A stretch of DNA of 63,725 nucleotides, counting the filler, from Basidioascus undulatus (Eukaryota): the NCBI GenBank assembly GCA_000826855.1. It is 8 parts of 8 records of this genome, joined end to end, with 100 filler letters (N's around TTAATTAATTAA, not from the genome) between each part and the next. Parts side by side here need not be neighbours in the genome. Positions count along the whole stretch, not along the records: positions 37,515 to 60,938 come from JTLS01000267.1; 7 more parts are not named here. One strand, given 5' to 3'. A model generated the notes under the pieces. The model ran no database searches, was not told where the DNA came from, and worked only from the letters and a program-made list of their open reading frames with translations. This document shows, piece by piece, positions 47,738 to 61,038 of this stretch. The translations under genes and the position numbers were made by a program. The first letter of the stretch is position 1. The number at the start of each line of letters is the position of its first letter.

Positions 47738-50596
47738 CCTCTCTTCCCGGTTAAGCATTGCGTTCCAGAAATTTTCGTCGTAGTTGAGAAAGAGCTCGTC
47801 CCCTGCCTCGATTGTGCACTCTAGATAGACGGTTGGAGGTCAGGTCGTTATCGCCTCAGCAAAGCTGTAAAGACTCATCAGCATACTGGAATAGAAGCCA
47901 ATTGCATCTGCTCCTTCAGAAAGACGTCAATCTGACTGGGAGGAAGAGGGAGCAGTATTTCATTCATGTCCAGCAAGAAGGACCGCAGAAAGGAAATCCT
48001 TCTAACCTACATTCCGCTTCACAGTTGGCTTGTACTGCCGGACGACCGTCATCACGCGGGTCCGGGTGATCTGGTTGCTCCAGGAAACATGAGTCTCAGT
48101 CGGGGTTCAGCAGCAGAAGGGAACAGATGTGTGGATGGGGAGGAGAAATTTTAGTGCTCACGCTCCGTTGATATACCGAGTTATGGACTGCCTTTCATGA
48201 CAATGTGTTGATGGTTCTGAACCCTTCAGAGAACAGAATACACCCCAATGGAAACTAGAACCAGTCGGCACTTTCTTCGGGACGTTGCCAATTGCATGAA
48301 AGTGTTGGATGGGCCTACAAGCATTAATCTTATCATGCCCCTCCTCCATTGCAAACAAGTCTTGCATCAGAAGTGTTAGCCAATCATCTAACATCCTCTC
48401 AGCAGGTGCTTACACTTGCGCTGGATGCCCGCATATAACATCCTATCATGCACGCTTGGCTGTCAACAATCCTGCCTTGTAGCCAGCAGGCACAGCCAGC
48501 TTCAGGTGCTCTGAACCATGAACTTAGTCGCGCTCCTCAGTTAAGCCTGTGCGAATGAGCTCCCCGGTCTGAACGTTAAGCAATGATGTGAGCTGAGATG
48601 GAAGAAAGGTGCATCATATAACAGTCATTTCAAACATCCACTGCGACTCACATAAAGTCCAACAAGCTCCCCCTTCTTGATCTTCTCGAGCGCCTTTGCT
48701 CCTACCCCATGAAGTTGAGAGTAGCACGGTCCAATGCACTATGAGGAATGAAGGTGAATCAGAGGAGTAAACCAGAGTCAGTCATCCGGCTTGCCTTGGA
48801 GACTCCGAACGTAATGTCCAGGTTCCGGCACGGTGGCAGAAGTCGTGCACTAACAGGCATGGGTGAGGGGACAGGAACTGGGGTAGGACTGTGTGAGTCA
48901 GGCCGCGTCAGGAAAAATAGGATGTACAGTTGTGACAAAGATCTGGGTCGCATTTTCTCCCCATGTTCCGGTATGCGCATTCGCCTCGGACGCAATCACG
49001 TCCTTGCTCAGCGCAGGTCTTCCGGCAACCCTCGTGATGGCGATCACCTAAGTATGAAGGAAAGCACTTCAGAGACGGAACATTTGAGGATATAAGGCCG
49101 CTTACACTATTTTTCCGCACGCACAAGAGTGCTCGCACAGCGTGCCCTTCTTAAACAGCAGCACGCGAAGTGGTCGCACGGCAGTCCTGGATGACTGCAC
49201 GGCTGATGCCTGTGAATAAATGTCAGCCTTAGACGGACAATGATATTGACCTAAAATTCTACTCACGAGAGCTTCTGGGGGTGCTTCAGCCGCGCGCAAG
49301 GCTGTCCTTGCCCCGCTCTGCCCTACGCTTCCCCGACGCAGCTGCTCACGCGTCTGGCGGTTGTCCGCCTGAACTTCCGAGCTCGGTATCTTGAAGCCGC
49401 ATCTTGACCTTCAAAGCGGTTTTTTTAAGTTAGAGCCGCTTCATGGATAATGCAGGTGGTATCACCTTGTAACAGGGCAGACCAACTGCGTCGGCTATCT
49501 CGCAGGCCGACGCTCCGCAATCAGGGAACCCCGCAACGCACTGGAGCGTCTCGAGCTCCTCAGCAGTGAGCTTGTTGGTCCGACCCTGGGAAACCTCTCA
49601 GCACGTATTTGGGAAATTTCCGATCAGCGTTACAGAATACACACAGTTTGCAGCAAGTAGCAGTCCTTCGAGCACGGCTTCTCGGTCTGGTGCTTGCCTG
49701 GTGCGCGGTCGAGCGGGGGCAAAGCGGAGGTCGTTACTGAAAAGGGATGAGCGAGAGTCTTCGATGAGTTTTCAAAGTGTACCTACGGCCAGATTCCCCG
49801 CATGCACATGTCACGCTAACGCAGCGCAGGCCGATCGGAACGTGTGCGAAGCCGGGCGAAGGACGCGTCCTGTGAGGCAAACGACCGTTACATTAGCTTT
49901 TTCATCCCGTTTAAAGATTGATCATAAGAGGTTACAGAAGAGCGTTAGGTGCACGGTGGGCGCTGGTGAATGAGAGGATCGATTAGGCAAATTTCGTGAC
50001 AGTGTGCGCGGAACAAACGACTCACTGCCGATTCCATAGCTCACTGACTTGCCGCGAGAAGACTCCCGCCTGGTCCATCAGAGCAGCGGCGACTTCTACT
50101 TTCTCGGCTTGCAGGATGACTTCGATCTCGATCACTTCCACTGCACAGCTTGTCATCCTTATTCGAAATCAACCATTCTGTCATTGACGCACTGTCGGGT
50201 CCACACTCCTTCACTCCCTCCGCAGCATACCCGGTCTCTTCTGGACCTCACTGCGCTCTTTGTCGCCAAGCTGGACAGGGACGAAGTTCAAGCCTTCGGG
50301 AGGAGGGATGAGGATGTTGGACGTATTCGCGTGCAGGACGTGCATGTGCGCGCGAGCTGGCTCCGGCCCATTCGGGATCGAGCAGTGGATGATTTTGCGG
50401 TGGGCGGCGAAGATGGCTTTTTCGGGATCTTGAGAAGGCGCCTGAGCGAGGAAGCCGGCAAGAGAGGACGTGGATGGGCCATTGGGCGGCCCGCGGATGG
50501 CATCCTGGAGGCGAGCGGCTTCTCACACTCGAAGTCGTGGAAAGCTTGCTAGCGAAGCTCGATGAGCAACTGCTTGATCCCGGTCTGGTCGGTCAT
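47738..50596 (-). pseudogene. E(z)/EZH2-like H3K27 methyltransferase (SANT-CXC-SET), degenerate
   Basis: In order: KPCSKDCYLL, SACEIADAVGLPCYK (SANT2-like), CEHSCACGK, GCRKTC..C..GEC...GRKCDPDLCHNC and CRNLDI (CXC), GVGAKALEKIKKGELVGLY..GELI, and IEAGDELFLNY (SET). In-frame TAG at codon 16 and TGA at about 50288. Confidence 0.8.
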
Positions 50597-51497
50597 GGAG
50601 AATCGATCGAAAGTGTAGTGTCCTAAAATGAGAGTAATTAATGGCAAGGAAGAGAGGCGTGCAACGCCATCGACGTCAACTCGAACGCTGCGCTGCGCGG
50701 CCAATGCCCAGGGACGTTTGTTTGATTCCCCGCTTACACGCTTTTCAGTGCCGCCAGTGCCGATGATACCTCGAAATGATACGCTATCTTGCTAGAAACG
50801 CTATTTTTTAAACAAGTTTTGACAAGCGAAATGCATGAGCAAATGACTCAGTGGGAGCTTTGTGAAACTGCATACTGCTGCAGCACACCAGGCCCGTTGC
50901 GCTGCTTTCTGAGGCGCATCGGCAGCAAGGTTGAGCAGCACCCAACGCCCGTGAAACTTGCAGTAATTGCTATTTCCCACTATGCCAACTATATGTCGCG
51001 AGGGCACTGCCTCACTCTGAAAGTACAATGGCACACAGACTATGCTCCACACCCATCGCTGCAGCCAAGACTCGCGTCAGGCCGCAACAGATACAGCCAG
51101 TATTAGATTTCGGTAAACCCCAAGAAAGACAAAATAAGACGCAAATGCGAATTCGGAGGATGCATCTTCCTCAAAATGTGCGTAACTGTCGGAAGCATCA
51201 TGGGTGTGTGAAACAACGGCATGCAAGAAGAGGGATACGCGAGACTAAAGGCCAAGAACGACAGAGTGAGGGGCGTGCGATAAGAAAGAACAGACGAAGT
51301 AATGCGAATGAGGTATTACAAACATGCTGAGCAGTGCAGTGTCCATTATCACTACTACAAGTGGCGAAACAACTAGATGCGATCCGCGCGGCGGGTCCAT
51401 GAGAGTCGATGAGAGGAGATAAAAGCTGAGGGGATGCGCAATGCAGGTAGATGAGACAAAGAGGAAAGCGAGAGAAGCGAGGGAAGAAGCGAGAGAA

Positions 51498-54450
51498 CTA
51501 GAAGTGTCCGCCCTCCGCGATATCCGAGTTCGGTGACTCCGGACCCGCATGTCGTGCGCCCTCGTCGGGGGGCACGAGGCGGACGGTATTGTCCAGTCTT
51601 CGCATGCGGATGGGCGTCTCAGGCGGGGTGTCGTCTGACGCCGACGCGGACGGGACATCGTGGAACAGGAGGTGATGTGCGGATGGTGTATCAACCTCCC
51701 CATCCCCATCGTCGTCCGAGTCTCCCCGCCTCAGCCTACCGGCCGGCTCGCGGATGAGCCCCTCGGCGAGGATGACCTCCTCGTTGTCCTCGTCGCCGAA
51801 CGTGTTCGCGCTCGGCGGGCGCCCGACCTTGGCCTCGAACAGCTTGCGCTGGCGTTCCTTCTCGCTCTGGCTCGCGGCGGAGAGGTCGTAGTACGTGAGC
51901 GTGGACACGGCGCTGCCGTCCTTGGAGAGGCGGCGCACCGAGCGGCGGAGGAAGAAGTAGCGCGCGGCGAACGCGGACGCGGCGAGGACGAAGAAGCCGA
52001 CGACGGCGAGGACGACGACGGCGGGGAGGGGAATCGCGAGGTGCGTCTTGTCCTGCAGCGACTTGCCGTGGCTCCCCCCGCCGTTTGTGTTGGACCCGGA
52101 CGTCGGCGACGGTGCGCCGTCGACGATTGGGAGCCTCTGCTGCCGCACGCGGATGAACTCCTCGACCGCTTGGGACGTGTTGGTGATGAGTGGGAGGAGG
52201 CCGACTTGCGGCATGAGGTTGGAGCTCAGGACGTTCTGCTCGTACGAATGAACGGTGTAGCTGGAGAACCCGAAACGCAACCATAATCAGCATCCCAGTA
52301 GACCGCAGAGCGGAGATGCGAGCACAGCACGCACGCATTGCGCAGGAACGAAGCGCCCAGCACCCAATCGCCAAAGTCGCCGAGGACGGGCGCGGCCTGC
52401 AGCGTGCTGATGCAGCGCTTGCCGATCGGGTCGTTGGCGGAGGAGACGGGGTAGGAGATGTCGAGGGGGTGGATGGGGATGGAGACGCTGTTGTCGAAAG
52501 TGAGGGTGATGCTGAGGGGGGTATCGCAATTGCTGTCATCCGCCACAGCCGAGTCAGTCTGGTGCCCAAGTTCGAAGCGATGGTAGGAAATTGGGTTTAC
52601 AGGTAGTCTGGAGATTGGCGTGCATTTGTCAGCGCGCAGCGTTCGGATCAGAGATCAGAGAACCACGTACACCCGCCATCCGAGCCGGGTCCCTCGCCGA
52701 TCACCCCAAAGATGGCGTTGAGCACGGAAGCGGGTCCAAACATCTCCGTTCCTGTGCGCCGGCTCCCCAAAGATCAGCCAGCCCCTCCTCCTCTCAGCGT
52801 TAGGGCGGGGCGCGCACCGCCGGTATCTAGTACCGCTACGGGGTATTGATTCGTCGGGATGGCATTGGACGAGCCGACGGGGATGACCGCGCCGTTAGCG
52901 GTGACGCTGACGAGGTTCAAGCGCCAGAGGGTCTGCGCGCCTGAAGGCGCGAGGACGGAGGAGTAGACGACCTCCGAGACTTGCTCAGCTGTGATCTTAT
53001 CTGGATGCTTACCTGCGGAGTAACATTCTCAATTAGCTTTCCCCTGTCCCAAGAGTGGATGGACAGGATGGTAGCTCACCGACCGCGAGCACGCTCTCTG
53101 TTCGAGGGTCGTCCGGTCGTTCCAGAAGTATTGAAAAGAACTGCGGGTAGAAATAGAGCTCAGGACAACCGTCCAAGAGGGCTCGATTGACCCTTGCGCG
53201 ACCCACCTTGTCCTGCGGCCCAGAAAGATTCGGATCGACGGTCCGGTCGTCGATTCCTAGCAAACGGTTGAAATACGCCCCGCCGAGGTATGGTGCCTGC
53301 ATCGCCAAAAATTTGGTCAGCCCCAATCGCTCGAGCATGATGCCAACTTTGAGAAGCTCACCGTGCCGGGGATATCGACGACAGGAGGAAGAGAGGAGGT
53401 GATAACGCTGTTGGCGGGCAGGCCGAGACCGAGGATGCCGCTGAAGCCCACGCTCAGGTTCTCGTCCGACAGCGTATCCACAGCGGCTGTTTCCAGTGGG
53501 ATCAGCGAGTTGGGTGGAGCAGAAGCGACGTTGAGTGAAGTGACGCACCGAACGCCTGCTGAGGAACCTGGTACTCGCCCAGCGAGGTGTCGTCGAGGTA
53601 GATCGGCCCGGACGCCGAGCCGCGGAGGTATTGCATGGAGAAGCCGCCGTTCTGTCGGGGTGAAGGGGAGGGGGGCGGAGACGAGGGAAATCAGTTGTCA
53701 TTTTCGGGGATGGAAGTGCCGAGGGCAAGAGACAGACGGTGTTGGTCTTTGTCGAGCTCGAGCTGGGATTGTACAGCTTGACGTTGGAGGATTTACATTG
53801 CGAGTTGGTACAGCTCGTGGAGGCGACCCACTTCGAGAGGGCGTCAGCGTCAGTTAACATCGGGAGAGGGAAGAGGGTTGATGGAGGGACACACAAGATC
53901 GGATGAGCCTGTATCTACCAACAAGGGAAACTCCCGCCCGCCGATCGTTACCGGGACAGTGAAGATGCTGTAAAGGTGCCAGAGTTTCAGTAATTCCAAG
54001 ATTAGAAAGGTTAGTGAGTTTGAGAGGAGTGCGAGCAGAATCCTGCGACTGCTCTCAAGGCACGCGTTCAGGGGCCCCGCACGCTCTCATTTGCGATCAT
54101 GTCCCCTCTCCGTCCCTGGGCAAACTCACGGCGACGAAACCGCCCAGCACCCAACTGCCCGCTCTCCCATCCGCCCAAGCGCACACAAACTCCATCCAGA
54201 ATCTCGAAAAACTCACCACTCCCTTGGCGTCGTTCCCTCGCTCGCCAAGTTCAGCGCGACCCCCTCCCAGCCCGGGTCGCCCGCCGCCCTCCTGCTGCTC
54301 TTGCGCCAGCTCGCGCCCCCCCCGCCCGCGCGCTTGCTTTGCCCAGCAGCAGCGCCTGAGCCGCGCGACTCCCAGCGGCGCGCCAGCCGGCTGGGCGCGC
54401 CGGAAGGGACGGGCACGTCGAGGCGCGTGAGGGGGAGCTCCATCGAGCTG
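51498..54450 (-). CDS. Pepsin-family (A1) aspartic protease with C-terminal transmembrane helix and cytosolic tail; start uncertain
   Basis: LLVDTGSSDLWVAS, FSGILGLGLPANS, second catalytic AVLDTG at about 52830, DWVLGASFLRNA, and TM segment AVVVLAVVGFFVLAASAFAARYFFL. Confidence 0.9.
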
Positions 54451-55432
54451 CGCCGGTCGCGTGCGGGCTGAGTGCGAAACCAGGGGATATCGAGAGTCGG
54501 TGGAATATGGATTACGGGATAGAGCGCTGCGCGTGGAGGTGTGAGGAGGCGTAGGCGTAGCTGTTGAGGGTGAACCGTGAGAGACAGAGATGAGGCAGCA
54601 GGAAGAGGCAGGAGAACCGAATGGCGGACGGGCTCAACGGCTGCAAGAGCGAGAAGGGCGGGCGTGCCTCGTGCACCTGCCAAGCTCCGGCGGAACAGAC
54701 ATTCAGTTCGCTCTTCTGCACTTTTTTCTGGCCCTGCTTTCGACTGCCTCAACCATCGCAGACTCCTTTACTTCACATTTGTTTGATTCAATAACAGGGC
54801 CTGTCTTTGGGAACAGTAGAGAACACCGCACCTTCGGAGGATATCTGCTTCGGCTGCCTTGTCAGACTATCTAAAACGGAGCCGTTAGTCGGGCTGTCGA
54901 ACGTCACAATGACCGGGGTTGGTTTCACGACCTGCAGCGGCATAACCGGTAGCGCGGCCCGGTGTTGTGTTGAGGATGGACAAGCGGTTGCAGCACAGCG
55001 CTGGCCATTATTATTGAGAGAACTTGAGGAGGTCTTGAAGCTACTCGTTTTTGGTTATGTATGGCGGGGTGGACTGACTGCCCAACAGCAAGTGCTCGTC
55101 GTGTGGAGAGATGGATCGTCGCAGCGAGCTGGCTGAGCAGTACTGCGAGGAGCACTCAGCGGCCACCCTCTACCAGAGTGCCCAGCATGATATGGCATGG
55201 AGGTTTTGCTAGAGTTATGTTATTTTTGAGCTGATTTGCTCTCGCATCTCAGTTGTAGGCCGCGTGAAACTGTACGAAAGAAAGCAAAAACCGAAGCTGC
55301 TGAGTCAGCATTCACATGGGCCGTTCTCAGAAGTTTCCCAAACTCCCACGCTCGCTGCAGGTTGTGTTCCCCATCTCACCTTGCTGCGGTCTGGTCGGTG
55401 TCTAGGACCTATATACTTCATCATTACGAAAG

Positions 55433-58344
55433 AGTATGTAGTTACAAGTGAAATCCCATAGGCAGCTCTTGTGCCGAGGAGGCTGACATGCGGGTTTGGC
55501 TTTGCAGTGGACGACGACGACGGGATCCTGCTCAACGTCGCCCCGGGCGCCTCGAGCGGCGCTGGGCGGAAGGCGAGGGCTGCGAAGGGCGGGCGCTGGA
55601 CGGATAGGTGAGTGTTCCTTTCATTTCCAGGCGTGGCTTGGCGGCGAGGGTTTCTAAGTGTGGGATTCGTTGCAGGGCGGCCGTCAAGCAAGCTGCGAAG
55701 CGAGCCACAGGGTCTAGCAAGCCCAACAAGCCCAAGGCTCAGCCTCAGCAGTCCCAAGCCCCTCCTCGCCCCACCCAAGCCTCTCCGTCTGCCTCTCATG
55801 TCACGGTCGGCCCCCGCCCGACCAAACGAGCGCGCCAGGACGCGTCTTCCGGCGATGCCGCACCGGCCGACACTTCATCCGCTCCTTCCGCTGCTGCCCC
55901 CACCGGCGCACGCAAACAAGTCATCTCGTCCCTCTTCTCCTCGAACCCCTCCGTTCCCCAAATCTCTACGTCCACCGCTCAACCCTCCAGAAACGTTGCA
56001 CCTTCCAACGCCCCGCTCACCGCCTCCTCGACCTTCTCCGGTGCGGGGCTGCACCCTCTCCTCATCCAGCACCTCACCACCAAGCTCTCCATCTCCGCGC
56101 CCACGTCCATCCAGCGTCTCGCGCTCCCAGCTCTCCTCCGCACTCACAACCCCTCCGACCCGCTCGCGGACCGCGACATCTTCATCCAGTCTCAAACGGG
56201 GTCCGGTAAGACCCTCACGTACCTACTCCCGATCATCCAGGACCTGCTCCCGCTCGGCGAGCTGTCCTACATCGACCGGAGCATCGGCACGCTGGCGATC
56301 ATCCTCGCGCCGACGCGCGAGCTGGCGCGGCAGATCTCGGACGTGCTCGAGAGCCTGCTCAAGATGAGCCTCACGCTGGCGGGGACGGACGCGGAGGAGG
56401 CGCCGCGGCTCGCGCGCTGGCTCGTCTCGGGCATCCTGACGGGCGGGTCGACGCGGACGCACGAGAAGGCCCGCCTCCGCAAGGGCGTCCCCATCCTCGT
56501 CGCCACGCCCGGCCGCCTCCTCGACCACTTCCAGAACACGTCCTCCTTCAACGCGAGCAAGTGCCGCTGGCTCGTCCTCGACGAGGCCGACCGCCTCATG
56601 GAGCTCGGGTTCGAGGAGACCATCACGGGCATCTTGAAGGGCTTGGACGGGCGGAGGAAGCTCGCTATCAAGGCGATCGAGGAGGGCGCGCTCGGGCTCG
56701 GGACCGAGGTCGGGGGCTGGGACTGGTCCCGCCGGAGACGCACCGTCCTCTGTTCCGCTACGATCCGCGAAGATGTCCAAAAGCTCGCGAACACGACGCT
56801 CCGCGATCCGCTCGTCCTCAAAGAGTCCGACGCGCCCAAGCTCCCCGCCGCTGGCTCGCCCTCCAAGCCCCTCTCCCTTCTCACTCCCACCCCCGCTGAC
56901 GACTCCTCCGCCGACATTTCTGCCGACGCGCCGGACCCCGCGTCCGAGACGCGCTTCACCCCGCCCTCCCAGCTCACGCAGAAGCACGTCGTCGTCCCGC
57001 TCAAGCTCCGCCTCGTCACGCTCGTCGCGCTCCTCCGCTCGCTCATCGCGCCTGCTGCCGGGACCGTCACCGCCAACACGCAGGCGAACCGCGTGATCGT
57101 GTTCCTCAGCTGCACGGACTCGGTTGACATGCACTGGAAGCTCCTTGGCGGGACGCGGATGGGCGCTGAGCCTGAGTCGGCAGAGGAGGAGGAGGAAGAG
57201 GGAGAGGCGGAGGAAGAGGACGACGACGGGGACGACGACGACGAAGGGGACGACGACGCGAGCGATGCTTCAGTATTGCCTAAGTCTCCGAAGCGCAAAG
57301 TCGAGTCCAAGAAGCCCGCCGCAGCCGCCGACCCCATCTCCGTCACCTGCGCTCTCCTCCCCAACGCCGCAATCTATCGGCTCCACGGTTCCCTCCCCCT
57401 CGCGACTCGTCTCGCCTCCCTGCGCGCCTTTTCCGCCCGCTCCGGCCCGTCCTCCCCCACGCCCGCCATCCTCCTCTGCACGTCCGTCGCCTCGCGCGGT
57501 CTCGACATGCCGCTCGTGCGCGCCGTGGTGCAGTACGACCTCCCCACCGAGGGCGGGGTGAACGAGTACGTGCACCGCGTGGGGCGCACGGCGCGTGTCG
57601 GGCGCGGCGGCGAGGCGTGGGCGTTCGTCGCGCCTAGCGAGACGGGGTGGGTCGACTGGCTGGAGGGCCGCATCGGGGACGAGGAGGCGGGCGAGGGGAA
57701 AAAGAAGAAGAAGAAGGTCTCGCTCGTGCCCGTGGGCGTGAACGAGGTATTGAAGCGCGGGTTTGGCGGACGCGGAGACGAGTACGAGGCGCGGGCGACG
57801 GACGCCCAGCTCGCTTTCGAGCGGTGGGTGCTCAAGTCTAAGAACGTACGTTCCCCTCGTCCTCCGCTTTTGTCTTCTGTCGGGCCACGCTGACTGACGG
57901 CTTGCCACACAGAACGCATCCATCTCGCGCACGGCCTTCCTCTCGCACGTGCGGGCGTATGCGACGCACCCGACCGAAGAGAAGCAGTTCTTCCACGTGA
58001 AGAACCTGCACCTGGGGCACCTAGCGAAGGCGTTCGCGCTGCGCGAGACGCCGTCGATGGTCGGAACGAGCAAGAAGGCGCCGTCGGCTGCCACGGCGTC
58101 CTCCGCCGCGGGTGCGGGCAAGGACGGTAAGGGCAAGGGCAAGAAGAAGGCGCTGACGACGGAGGAGCGCATGTACGCGTCCGTGCGCGCGCAGGGCCGC
58201 CTGTCGAAGAAGGGAGGAGAGCTTGCCGCGAACGATGGGAGCGAGTTCCAGGTTGCCGACTCGGGGTACTTGATGAAGGCTGCGGGTGGGGCTGTCGGGA
58301 CAGGAGCGAGCAAGGGAGGAGCGGGGAAGAAGAGGAAGAGATGA
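55433..58344 (+). CDS. DBP7: DEAD-box RNA helicase Dbp7 (60S biogenesis)
   Basis: [11 protein letters not shown]-terminus, [67 protein letters not shown] and HVRAYATHP...[19 protein letters not shown]. Confidence 0.95.
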
Positions 58345-58590
58345 GGGGTGGGACGCTTGGATATGGACTCTTGCTTGCAGTCTGCTTTGTGATACGGCGT
58401 GCTGATGCAAGTTTGATGCTTTGCATGGAAGTGAATGGAGGAGAATAAAATAAGGCAAGGGGTGTTGCAAACTACAGTGAAGAACGAACAATCGTGTAAT
58501 GTCCCGCAGAAACCGAACGATTAAGACATGAATGTGCACTGAGCCACCTCGGGCACTGTTCTATCTACGTCCCGTGCGTCCCTCAACCCA

Positions 58591-60249
58591 CTACCTCTCC
58601 TCCTCAAGCGTCTTCACCGCCATCCTAGCGCAAGTCTCCTCCTCGTCCGTCCACGCCACCCAGGTCTGGACCTTCGCGCCCTCCTTCCCGATCCGCACCG
58701 CCTTGGTCTTGCCCTCCTCGACCCCCTCGTTCAAGCCCTCGTCCACCTCCACCCCGAGCGGCGCCAGCGCCTTCCCGACGTCGCTGCGCAGCCGCGCCGC
58801 TTTCTCGCCGATCCCGCCCGTGAAGACGATGCCGTCTACCGGGCCCTGCGCGAGGAGCTTGCACAGGTAGGACGAGAAGAAGTGGAGGAGACGGTCGAGG
58901 TAGACCGCGTACGCCAGCTGGTACTTGTTCACGGGCGGGTCGGGGAACGGGTCCGAGGCGGGCGGAAGGTGGGAGACGATCTTGCCGAAGTTGTTGGTCC
59001 CGCACATGCCGACGAGGCCGCCTTGCCTGCATGATTGCCGGGGTGTTAATACGACGAAATTCGCGATGCGCGATGGCGCGGTGCCACGGCTGCCTGTTAA
59101 AAGTTAAAACGTACTTGTTCATGATCATCTCGCCGCGAGCAATCTGAACGATGAGGATACGCAGAATGATGAGAACGTTGAGAACTGCGCGTTGCTTGAA
59201 AGCGATAGCAAACCTACCTTCATCCCCTTGAAGTCGACGATGTCTGCGGAATGCGGCTGCCAGTGGAAGATGAGCGTTGGGTCGACGCTGCCCGTTCGCG
59301 TCCCGCCCGGAATGCCTGTGCCATTCGCCTGGCGTAAGCGCGCAAGTCGAGCTGAAAAAGAACAACTGCTGCTCACCTTCGAGCGGAGTCAGTCCCATGC
59401 TCGTATCGATGCTCTTGCCCTTCCTGACCGCGCACAGACTCCCACCGCTACCTAAGTGCGTAATGACGATACTCGTGTCCTCCTCCTTCTTCCCCAGCGC
59501 TTGCGACACGGAGCGCAGGACGGACGCGTACGAGAGACCGTGCGCGCCGTACTTGCGCAGCGGGATGCGCGGCTTGTGGTCGGGGTTCTGGGGCGGGAGC
59601 GGGTAGGTGGTGATGTGCTTGGGGAGAGAGGCGTGGAAAAGCGTGTCGAAGCAGAGAACGGAGGTCGACTTGGGGAGGTTTCTCAGGACGGACCGGACGG
59701 TCAGGACGGCGTGGTGGTTCTGCAACCCCAGCCTCAGGTTCAGCCGTTGGTCAAGCGGAAAAATACAATAAGAAATAGAACGAGACATACATGCAAGGGA
59801 GCAAAGGCGCTGATGATATCCATCTTCTCCAGGCCTTCCTCCTGGCCCTTGCGGACGATGATGGGCTTGCTCTCCTCGGCGCCGTGTACAACGCGGTGAG
59901 CCACGACCTCGACCGCGTCCCTCTCGAAACCGTTGGAGATCAAGATCTTTTGCAAGATCTGCTCGAAGATATCTTCGTCTGTGTCAATTTGTGCGCTCAT
60001 GTCAGCTAATCTACCCAAGGGGACCGAGCAGCTTCGTAAACACTCACATGCGGGATGGCCTTCGATCGCGTCCTCCGTCTTCTTGCAGCCAGAGGAAGAA
60101 ACAAGAGTGGTTTTGATGACTGCTCCTTCGGTGCCGATGTTGGATGCGCCGCCTTCGCTGAGCGGCGTGAGATCGGGAAGGGAGAAGAGTCTGTATTTGA
60201 TCGAAGACGAGCCGCAGTTCACGGCGAGGAGTGTACGCTGGGGTGCCAT
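58591..60249 (-). CDS. ackA: Acetate kinase, multi-exon
   Basis: LAVNCGSSSIKY, VAHRVVHG, FAPLHNH, FDTLFH, LRKYGAHGLSY, ITHLGSGGSLCAV..GKSIDTSMGLTPLEG..GGTR.GSVDP, IVFTGGIGE and TDEE. Confidence 0.96.
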
Positions 60250-61038
60250 GATAGTATGAGAATTTTGCTGGGTATGAAGTGCTAGGTTTGTGATGGATTT
60301 TATAGACGAGAGGAGGACGAGAAGCGAATGGACGTGGTGAAGAGAAGGAAGAGTTGAGAAGAAAGCGATCAGCGGTGGAGTGGGTCTTCGTCATGATGTC
60401 AGTACCGTCCGCGACGCGATAACACGTTGCATCAAGCAACTTGGCAAACACTTGCTTCGTGCAATATCTTATTCTGTTAATTCCGGGGGTTATTTTGGAA
60501 AGCAGACGGTCTCCGGAACCCAAATTTGTTGAGTTGAAATATGCTGGCCGTGGCAGAACACAGCGCCTGCTGCAGTCTCGATCTAATCGATGCGAATTGC
60601 TCCCCAAAATCTGAACATAAAAAATCTGCATGAACTTCGGCGTTGTACAACGGCGCAGTACAGAAAGGAGCACCGTCGACATAGCTTGAGGGGACATTGC
60701 ACCATGGACAGACTCTGGATGCGCCAAGCGCAGTCTGTGTCGCGTCAAAATCGAGCTGCGTTTGATGAACACCAGAGAAGCGTGTCCACTTTGAGTCCAT
60801 TGGCAGGTTGGGAAGATCGTGGGTCCTTGTGGAATGACGAGCGGATCTGTGCATGCATGTCATGAACGTCTTAACAACTATTCAATCCTCGTCAACTGTC
60901 AAACCTTGCCACCTCATGTCCACCTCCTTGCCTTCCTTNNNNNNNNNNNNNNNNNNNNNNNNNNNNNNNNNNNNNNNNNNNNTTAATTAATTAANNNNNN
61001 NNNNNNNNNNNNNNNNNNNNNNNNNNNNNNNNNNNNNN

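Noticed and set aside
56223..58426. Long antisense ORFs (300-365 aa) over DBP7, and similar ones over SUA7, the aspartic protease and DNAJC3
   Set aside because: Shadow ORFs expected from high GC3 codon usage; no recognisable motifs.
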